Positions 5,504-10,473 of a stretch of DNA of 10,473 bases are shown here, piece by piece (positions within the stretch are counted from its first letter, which is position 1; every line of letters starts with the position of its first letter). The DNA is taken from the NCBI GenBank assembly GCA_038741355.1, contig JAVYLC010000017.1, positions 12,768 through 23,240 on the forward strand, in the 5' to 3' direction. The translations under genes were made by a program, and so were the position numbers. The stretch comes from Nitrososphaerota archaeon (GTDB lineage Archaea; Thermoproteota; Nitrososphaeria_A; Caldarchaeales; Calditenuaceae). Below the pieces are notes generated by a model. The model had not been told where the DNA came from. It worked only from the letters and a program-made list of their open reading frames with translations, and did no database searches.

Positions 5504-6703
5504 TTGTGGAAAACTTTATATAGACGTTACCCCCCTCAATTTAACAGATGTTCTTTGACTAACAAAAACTCAGGATTGGCCAACGCGTCAAAAAGTGTAA
5601 ATCGCAACGGCGAGTTCATCGAACTCCTCGACGCACTCAAGAGATATGGCCCGCGAAACCTCTCACTCATCTCGATGCTGACAGGAATACCGAGAGAGAC
5701 CGTCCGATACAAGGTGAAGAAACAGCTCAAGAACCTGGGATTCACAATCCAGATGATTCCCAACGTCTACAGAATGGGACTCACAAGACTCTGCGCAAGA
5801 CTAACATTCACCAAGACAGGGCTTGGGATAGCGCAAAAAATTCTAGAAGAGCTGGGCAGAAACTCATACCTCTCATACTACGGCAAAATAGCATTCAGCA
5901 ACGACTACCTAGCCCTAATCAACCCGCCATCAAGATGGGCAGGAACGTTCAGCGATCTCTTCAACAACCTACAGGACGAGGGAATAGTTGAGAGATTCGA
6001 GATAAGCGAGATCAAAGAGGTCGGATACCCACACGTATCATACCGCCTCTTCGACTTCGAAAAAGGCACCTGGAAAATAGGGGAGGAAGATGATGCTACC
6101 AGTGAAGGAATAGTTACAATTCAGAAAGCCTCAAGCGAGGAGACGACTAACTACCTTGTAGACTCTATGGATCTAGCAATTATCACGGAGTTACTGGGAG
6201 ACGCATTTAAGCCATTGACAAGAGTGTCACCAATGATCGGTCACGACCCGAGACTACTAAGATACCACTTCCAAGAACACGTGGTCAGGAAGGGGTTAAT
6301 CGCCGGCTATGTGCTAAACTGGCTTCCAAGCGGATATCATGATCCTAATCTTTCCAGAGTATGGATCCGGACGAATCCAATACCCACTCATAAGCTTAAT
6401 GAATTCACAATGGCCGTCGCATCATCACCTTTCTGCAAGTTTTATCAAGTGGTAGAGGACAATACACTGTTAATGTATCTACTCATTGACCGACAATTCT
6501 CACTTGCTATTCAGCATCTCTCAAATTTGTTTAGAGTGTACGGATTAACTGGCAACTCGTTTATAGTAGAGCATGTTGCTTCATTCACATTGACTACAGA
6601 AATGTTTAGAGATGGTTATGGTTGGATAAAGCCCAAGACCGAGTTAATTAATAAAATACTATCTTCTTATCCTCACTTAGTGGAGGGGAGACAAAAGAGC
6701 TAA
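5504..6703 (+). CDS. putative transcriptional regulator with two tandem wHTH + Lrp/AsnC-like modules
   Basis: Module 1 is ELLDALKRYGPRNLSLISMLTGIPRETVRYKVKKQLKNLGF followed by a beta-rich segment. Module 2 is MDLAIITELLGDAFKPLTRVSPMIGHDPRLLRYHFQEHVVRKGLIAGY followed by a similar segment. Both follow the Lrp/AsnC layout of HTH, then G-hydrophobic, then an effector-type domain. The TTG at 5504 lies upstream of the strongest TATA box in the window (5515-5522), so the real start is probably in-frame TTG 5555 or TTG 5576. The family assignment is not verified. Confidence 0.55.
   Translation: MWKTLYRRYPPQFNRCSLTNKNSGLANASKSVNRNGEFIELLDALKRYGPRNLSLISMLTGIPRETVRYKVKKQLKNLGFTIQMIPNVYRMGLTRLCARLTFTKTGLGIAQKILEELGRNSYLSYYGKIAFSNDYLALINPPSRWAGTFSDLFNNLQDEGIVERFEISEIKEVGYPHVSYRLFDFEKGTWKIGEEDDATSEGIVTIQKASSEETTNYLVDSMDLAIITELLGDAFKPLTRVSPMIGHDPRLLRYHFQEHVVRKGLIAGYVLNWLPSGYHDPNLSRVWIRTNPIPTHKLNEFTMAVASSPFCKFYQVVEDNTLLMYLLIDRQFSLAIQHLSNLFRVYGLTGNSFIVEHVASFTLTTEMFRDGYGWIKPKTELINKILSSYPHLVEGRQKS
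5515..5522 (+). promoter_or_regulatory. TATA box TTTATATA with a purine-rich BRE-like GAAAAC just upstream, for the tandem Lrp-like regulator gene
   Basis: This is the best consensus-like TATA in the window. It lies inside the 5' end of the ORF-track ORF, which argues that the TTG 5504 start is wrong. Confidence 0.6.
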
Positions 6704-6738
6704 CTCTTAATTTAAAGATTACCACGGCTCAGTTCCGA

Positions 6739-6743
6739 TTTTT
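6739..6743 (+). terminator. oligo-T (T5) 36 nt downstream of the regulator gene stop
   Basis: T5 run read from the sequence. Archaeal RNA polymerase terminates at oligo-T tracts. Confidence 0.3.
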
Positions 6744-6787
6744 GGTCCCTCCATCACTTAATCACCTATATGTAGCGGTGGGCATAT

Positions 6788-6893
6788 GGTTTATAAGGTT
6801 TTTCCTTTAAAACAATTGTTTGGTTTTTTGTTTGGGAATTAGGAAAAGTGGAGATTGGGGTTTAGTGGTGGTTTAGGGCTTCTGGGCTGGTTT
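6788..6893 (+). repeat. six dispersed copies of GGTTT in a C-depleted G+T-rich spacer
   Basis: Copies lie at 6788, 6797, 6822, 6859, 6870 and 6889. By hand count, 6781-6960 contains 14 C, 49 G, 84 T and 33 A out of 180 nt. Confidence 0.5.
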
Positions 6894-6936
6894 TTCTCTT
6901 ATATTTAAAATTTGTCTGTGGTCTGTTGGCCCTAGA

Positions 6937-6947
6937 TTTTTTTATTT
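6937..6947 (+). promoter_or_regulatory. T/A-rich TATA-like tract TTTTTTTATTT upstream of the MFS gene
   Basis: It is centred about 35 nt upstream of TTG 6978. GGAG lies immediately before the TTG triplets. Confidence 0.35.
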
Positions 6948-6977
6948 GTGTAGATTGTGTTAGGCGGTTAGTCGGAG

Positions 6978-8171
6978 TTGTTGTTGATCAGGTTTGCCGG
7001 GGGGCTTCCGAGGGATTTCTGGATCCTCTTACTCTCGCTTTTCTTGATTAACATGTTTGGGCTTGGGTTTAGCCCGTTCATGGCCTATTTTCTCCGCGAG
7101 GTCGGTGGGAGTGTTGGTGAGGTTGCCCTTGTCTTGGCGGTCTCGAGGGTTGCGTATACGTTTTTTCTCGTGGTTGGCGGGGTGGTTGGTGATTTTGTGG
7201 GTAGGAGGCTGCCCCTGATAGTGGGTCCTATCGTCATAGGCTTCTCATATATTGCATTGTCGGGTGCCAGGTCCTGGGGTGATGCAATAATTCCCCTAAC
7301 CTTCTCGATGCTGCCTGTGGCCTTCACGGCCCCGGCCGTCGCCGCATACATAGCGGATGTGGTTGATGAGTCGAGGTATGGTAGGGCGTATGGAGTCTAC
7401 TTTGCCGTTATCAATCTAAGCGCAGTCCTAGGATACCTCATAGTCGGCCACATGATTGAAGTGTCTGGATACAGTGTCAGCCTCGTCGCGGTTGGCGTTG
7501 CATCGATCTTAACCGCCCTCATCAGGGTTTGGCTCAGAGAGCCTAGGATGCCGCACCTGGATCGCCCAGTCACAGCATATGTGAGGGAGGCCTATGGCCA
7601 GTTGAGGAGCAGGTTCATATCCCTGCTAATCCTGTCGCGCGGCCTCTATCTCGGCCTCGCATCAGCCATGAGCTCGGTCATAATTCCATTGTGGGCCAGG
7701 GAGATCGCCGCGCTGGGCGAGGCCCAGCTCTCATTCATCTTCGCCATAGAGGCGGCCATCTACTCCATGCTTGCACCAATAGGTGGTAGGATGGTCGAGT
7801 CTCAGAGGTGGTGGCTCCGCCTCAGCCTCCTCGAGCTTCTGATAAAGATTCCAGCCCTACTCATCCTTATCTCCACCACAACTTTTCTCCAGCTCCTCCT
7901 AGTCATGCTGCTGGACTCGGGGCTGGCCATATTCATCATACCGGCCCTTGACTCGCGCCTCTCTTCTGGGCTTGCCAGCATCCACAGGGGCGCCATCTGG
8001 GGCCTACAGCAGTCCATCACCTCGGCCGCCACAATCACCTTCATACTGATTGGCGGGTATGCGTGGGAGCTGCTAGGCCCGGTGAACACGGTCCTCATAC
8101 TCTTGGCCTATCCAGTCGGGATGATGCTATTGATTATAGCATTGGCTAGGGCTGGCGGTGGGAACCGATAG
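6978..8171 (+). CDS. MFS transporter
   Basis: 397-aa ORF with a TTG start and about 12 hydrophobic spans. The MFS loop 2-3 signature is present as GGVVGDFVGRR (G...D..GRR). The N-terminal LPRDFWILLLSLFL is typical of MFS proteins. Confidence 0.85.
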   Translation: MLLIRFAGGLPRDFWILLLSLFLINMFGLGFSPFMAYFLREVGGSVGEVALVLAVSRVAYTFFLVVGGVVGDFVGRRLPLIVGPIVIGFSYIALSGARSWGDAIIPLTFSMLPVAFTAPAVAAYIADVVDESRYGRAYGVYFAVINLSAVLGYLIVGHMIEVSGYSVSLVAVGVASILTALIRVWLREPRMPHLDRPVTAYVREAYGQLRSRFISLLILSRGLYLGLASAMSSVIIPLWAREIAALGEAQLSFIFAIEAAIYSMLAPIGGRMVESQRWWLRLSLLELLIKIPALLILISTTTFLQLLLVMLLDSGLAIFIIPALDSRLSSGLASIHRGAIWGLQQSITSAATITFILIGGYAWELLGPVNTVLILLAYPVGMMLLIIALARAGGGNR

Positions 8172-8176
8172 TTTTT
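8172..8176 (+). terminator. oligo-T (T5) immediately after the MFS stop codon
   Basis: The sequence reads TAG followed directly by TTTTT. Confidence 0.35.
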
Positions 8177-8184
8177 CCGGCTAG

Positions 8185-8258
8185 CTAAATCATCAGCTAA
8201 TTGTTTGTGAAAAGGATAATCAGTTAACAGTAAGCTAAATATCCCCTAAATCAGCAGG
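8185..8258 (+). repeat. direct 13-mer repeat CTAAATCATCAGC / CTAAATCAGCAGG (11/13 identical), plus a third GCTAAAT box
   Basis: The 13-mers lie at 8185-8197 and 8246-8258. GCTAAAT occurs again at 8234-8240. TTAACAG occurs twice, at 8224-8230 and 8270-8276. All of these lie in the 110-nt spacer upstream of the zinc-ribbon/wHTH gene. Confidence 0.5.
8236..8242 (+). promoter_or_regulatory. TATA-like box TAAATAT for the zinc-ribbon/wHTH gene
   Basis: It lies about 50 nt upstream of ATG 8291 and is flanked by the two TTAACAG copies. Confidence 0.4.
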
Positions 8259-8281
8259 CGGAGTGGTGATTAACAGAAGAG

Positions 8282-9178
8282 GTGTATGCGATGGGACTCG
8301 ATGTGAAAAGGCAGGAGGCAAGCCTTCTCGCAGGCGTTGACCCCGCCCTCCTAGCCGGCTTCATTAGGAGAGTTCTCAACTACCTAGGTGTCACAGTCCT
8401 AAGGCCGAGTATCAACAATAGAAATGGTGGTAGCAGGATTGTCTATCCTCAGGCCGACGCGTTATTCAGGACGAGCGGCGAGGAGACAGTCAGGATGCTT
8501 GAAGCCCTCACATCGATGGGGGTCTTTAGGAGGGTGCTTCTCGAGGTTGTCAAAGTCTGCCCGAACTGTGGCTCGTCTTCGATAGAGATGCGGGAGAAAT
8601 GCCCCTCCTGTGGCGCAGAGACAACGATACAGTTCTTCGCGGGGACCATGCCCGCCTGTCCATCCTGCGGGGAGAGGTTGGATGGATCGGCAGCTCTACT
8701 GACTTGTAGAGGCTGTGGGTCGAGCTTTACGCTTCAGAGTTGCAGGGATGTCCCACTATACATGTATGTCCTAGCGGGTCCTCCTGAGGAGCAGCGAAGT
8801 GTTTTAAGTGAATGGGCTGGGAGGGGCCGAAACTCTGAGAGCATCTCCATGGAGATGGTCAAGGTTATTGACGCCTTTGCTGAGAGGCTGGACAAGGTTC
8901 TCGAGGAATACTTCAAGGCGCGACCAATGTATCAGGTATCCCAGACAACTTCTGTCCAGCCGCAGGGCGGGGTTACCCAAATCCAGCTGGCACCACACCT
9001 AGCAAAGACGTACCAGGTTGTGAGGAACAAGGGCAGTGTCACAGCTCTTGACGTGTCAATAGAGACCGGCCGCTCCAGGCCCTTAGAGAGCGTATATCTG
9101 AACCAGCTCGTATCCCTCGGGTTGGTCGCGAAGCATAGGGTGGGTAGAAAGCTATACTTTACGCCAAAGGGGCAGTAG
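8282..9178 (+). CDS. protein with two tandem C4 zinc ribbons and a C-terminal winged-helix DNA-binding domain (putative regulator, family unassigned)
   Basis: The two ribbons are CPNCGSSSIEMREKCPSCG (C-x2-C-x10-C-x2-C) and CPSCGERLDGSAALLTCRGCG (C-x2-C-x12-C-x2-C). The C-terminal TYQVVRNKGSVTALDVSIETGRSRPLESVYLNQLVSLGLVAKHRVGRKLYFTPK is MarR/TrmB-like wHTH. The likely start is ATG 8291, preceded by SD-like GAGGTG (8279-8284); the GTG at 8282 lies inside that SD. Confidence 0.6.
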   Translation: MYAMGLDVKRQEASLLAGVDPALLAGFIRRVLNYLGVTVLRPSINNRNGGSRIVYPQADALFRTSGEETVRMLEALTSMGVFRRVLLEVVKVCPNCGSSSIEMREKCPSCGAETTIQFFAGTMPACPSCGERLDGSAALLTCRGCGSSFTLQSCRDVPLYMYVLAGPPEEQRSVLSEWAGRGRNSESISMEMVKVIDAFAERLDKVLEEYFKARPMYQVSQTTSVQPQGGVTQIQLAPHLAKTYQVVRNKGSVTALDVSIETGRSRPLESVYLNQLVSLGLVAKHRVGRKLYFTPKGQ

Positions 9179-9179
9179 G

Positions 9180-9193
9180 GTTATAATTATAAC
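9180..9193 (+). promoter_or_regulatory. 14-bp perfect palindrome GTTATAATTATAAC, TATA-like, upstream of the HAD gene
   Basis: Read directly from the sequence. It is centred 33 nt upstream of ATG 9220. Confidence 0.5.
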
Positions 9194-9219
9194 GTAGGGT
9201 CTCTCGGATTCTCTTAAGG

Positions 9220-9870
9220 ATGCCTCGGCTCGGAGTAATCTTTGACCTCGACGGGACCCTGATAAGTTTTCCTGAGCGCTGGATAAGGGAGGCTAGGAGG
9301 GCTTTTCTAAAATGGCTTGTAAATACTTTCCCCGTAGATCTTGAGGCTGTAGATGAGCTCTCCATTCCGCAGATAATTGAGAAGGTCTCGAATGGTGACC
9401 GCTCAAGGTATAGGTATCTCCGCGAGGTTGCCAACTCGATATATGTGAAGCGCGAGATGGAGGCTGCTGGGAACGCATCTGTAAGGGAGGGGGTTGTCGA
9501 GCTGTTGGAGGAGCTTAGAAGGATGGGTGTATCGATGAGTATCGCGACCAACAATTGTAGGGACGCAGCGATACTCTCGCTAGACACCGCAGGCATCAAA
9601 GAGTACTTCGACTGCGTGGTGAGTAGGAGTGATGTGGAGGAGATGAAGCCGAGCCCTGAGATGCTCCTGAAGGCCGCCTATGCGACCAACACTCCGCTGA
9701 GTATGGGGATGCATGTCGGAGACTCTGTCGTCGATATTCTAGCTGCTCGTTCCATAGGAATGATGGCCGTCTCCGTCACGGGGGGAGTACATAGCCTAGA
9801 GAAGCTCCTATCAGGCAGGCCACACTTCATCATAGAGCAGCCAATCCAGCTCCTCAAAATCCTGAGATAG
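9220..9870 (+). CDS. HAD-IA family hydrolase / phosphatase
   Basis: 216-aa ORF. It has HAD motif I VIFDLDGTL (DxDGT), motif II SIATNN, a conserved Lys in EEMKPSPE and motif IV VGDSVVDI. Confidence 0.85.
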   Translation: MPRLGVIFDLDGTLISFPERWIREARRAFLKWLVNTFPVDLEAVDELSIPQIIEKVSNGDRSRYRYLREVANSIYVKREMEAAGNASVREGVVELLEELRRMGVSMSIATNNCRDAAILSLDTAGIKEYFDCVVSRSDVEEMKPSPEMLLKAAYATNTPLSMGMHVGDSVVDILAARSIGMMAVSVTGGVHSLEKLLSGRPHFIIEQPIQLLKILR

Positions 9871-9878
9871 CTTCAGCC

Positions 9879-9883
9879 TATAA
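9879..9883 (+). promoter_or_regulatory. TATAA box for the glycerate kinase gene
   Basis: CCTATAAGCC is centred 25 nt upstream of GTG 9906, a leaderless-type spacing. Confidence 0.45.
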
Positions 9884-9905
9884 GCCACCAAGAACCACAG
9901 ACATT

Positions 9906-10473
9906 GTGGAGAGATTGGCGGCAGGGCGCTCGCTTGTCAGGAACTTGGAGGAGCTTAAGGCCCTATTCAAGGATAGAGAGTCAACCCTTACAGACCTGCT
10001 CAGACTGATAGAATCTGCCCTAGCGGCGGTCGAGCCTATGGGACTGGTCAAGAGGAAGGTGAAGGTTAGGGGGGATGAGCTGGTTGTTGGTGGGGAGGCT
10101 CTTAGGCTCAGAGAGTTTAGGGAGGTGTGGGTGGTCTCAGTAGGTAAGGCTGCTCCAGGCATGGCGCGGGGGCTGCTCGACATACTAGATAGGCCTGTCG
10201 AGAAATGTATCGTGATAGCTCCGGCCGGGTCAGACACATTGGCAATCAAAGGTGAGGCGGAAACCCATCTCGCCTCACATCCAATACCAGACGAGTCTGG
10301 GCTCAGGGCCTCTGCCCACCTCCTCGAACAACTTAGCAGTGCGTCCCACGACACGCTGATAATCTTCTTGCTCTCTGGCGGGTCTTCAGCCCTTCTCCCC
10401 GCACCCGCCGCCGGCCTCAGCCTAGAAGATGAGGCCGAGGTCGCTAGGCGACTCATGAATGCTGGAGCGACGA
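9906..10473 (+). CDS. glycerate 2-kinase / hydroxypyruvate reductase family (MOFRL-type, N-terminal domain), 5' partial, continues past the right edge
   Basis: This gene is not in the ORF track because there is no stop inside the window. Hand translation of the frame with codon starts divisible by 3 gives ...LIESALAAVEPMGLVKRKVKVRGDELVVGGEALRLREFREVWVVSVGKAAPGMARGLL...ASHPIPDESGLRASAHLLEQL...LIIFLLSGGSSALLPAPAAGLSLEDEAEVARRLMNAGAT. VGKAA..MA, HP.PDE and LSGG.SALL are hallmark motifs of this family. The start GTG 9906 lies 25 nt downstream of a TATAA box; TTG 9915 is an alternative. Confidence 0.8.
   Translation, partial: MERLAAGRSLVRNLEELKALFKDRESTLTDLLRLIESALAAVEPMGLVKRKVKVRGDELVVGGEALRLREFREVWVVSVGKAAPGMARGLLDILDRPVEKCIVIAPAGSDTLAIKGEAETHLASHPIPDESGLRASAHLLEQLSSASHDTLIIFLLSGGSSALLPAPAAGLSLEDEAEVARRLMNAGAT

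Noticed and set aside
6868-6877. Telomere-like TTTAGGG / GGGGTTTAG
   Set aside because: These are single occurrences inside a generally G+T-rich tract with no tandem array, so they are most likely coincidence.
6845-6880. ORB-like strings AGTGGAGATTGGGGT / AGTGGTGGTTTAGGGC in an A/T-rich spacer, suggesting a replication origin
   Set aside because: The resemblance to archaeal origin recognition boxes is only partial, and the TCCA dyad half is missing. Both copies are in the same orientation rather than inverted around an unwinding element. No orc1/cdc6 or whiP gene lies in the window.
9159-9599. 146-aa minus-strand ORF
   Set aside because: It is antisense to the HAD hydrolase gene, which has all the HAD motifs. 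Its product is Ser-rich and featureless.
9878-10456. 192-aa minus-strand ORF
   Set aside because: The product is Ser/Ala/Leu-rich with no motifs. It lies exactly antisense to a plus-strand frame with strong glycerate kinase (MOFRL-type) motifs, so it is an antisense artefact.
1-10473. Scan for CRISPR repeats, tRNA T-arm/anticodon-arm signatures, IS terminal repeats, integrase/transposase genes, and defence-type ATPase or nuclease genes
   Set aside because: By eye I found no regularly spaced direct repeats, no GGTTCRAATCC-type T-loops and no such ORFs. The window looks like core chromosome rather than a mobile or defence island.

Overview
This is a gene-dense segment of about 55% GC. It looks archaeal, most likely from a hyperthermophilic crenarchaeon. 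That is an inference from AGG/AGA/ATA-rich codon usage, A/T-rich TATA-like boxes 25-38 nt upstream of start codons, many GTG/TTG starts, and PP1-arch-type phosphatase, V4R and DUF4013-like genes. I can support 13 protein-coding genes: an AbrB/SpoVT-type protein with a Pro-rich N-terminus (2-439,+); malate dehydrogenase (330-1265,-); an MBL-fold hydrolase (1269-2222,+); a PPP-family Ser/Thr phosphatase (2204-3028,-); a DUF4013-like membrane protein (3173-3826,-) followed by an out-of-frame zinc-ribbon segment (3070-3186,-); a hemerythrin/HHE protein (4100-4537,+); an ACT+V4R protein (4568-5470,-); an internally duplicated wHTH/Lrp-like regulator (5504-6703,+); an MFS transporter (6978-8171,+); a double zinc-ribbon plus winged-helix protein (8282-9178,+); a HAD hydrolase (9220-9870,+); and the 5' part of a MOFRL-type glycerate kinase (9906-10473,+), which is missing from the ORF track because it runs off the right edge. 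I saw no rRNA, tRNA, CRISPR array, transposase/integrase or recognisable defence or toxin enzyme. Four things deserve a second look. (1) A complete zinc-ribbon module sits in the +1 frame just behind a C6 run at the end of the DUF4013-like gene. (2) The ACT-V4R gene and the tandem Lrp-like regulator gene are divergently paired. (3) The double zinc-ribbon/wHTH protein is an orphan with reiterated motifs around its promoter. (4) A low-GC stretch runs from about 6400 to 6960 and ends in a C-depleted, GGTTT-reiterated spacer. I cannot demonstrate a coherent novel multi-gene system from the sequence alone, so the candidates are labelled as hypotheses.
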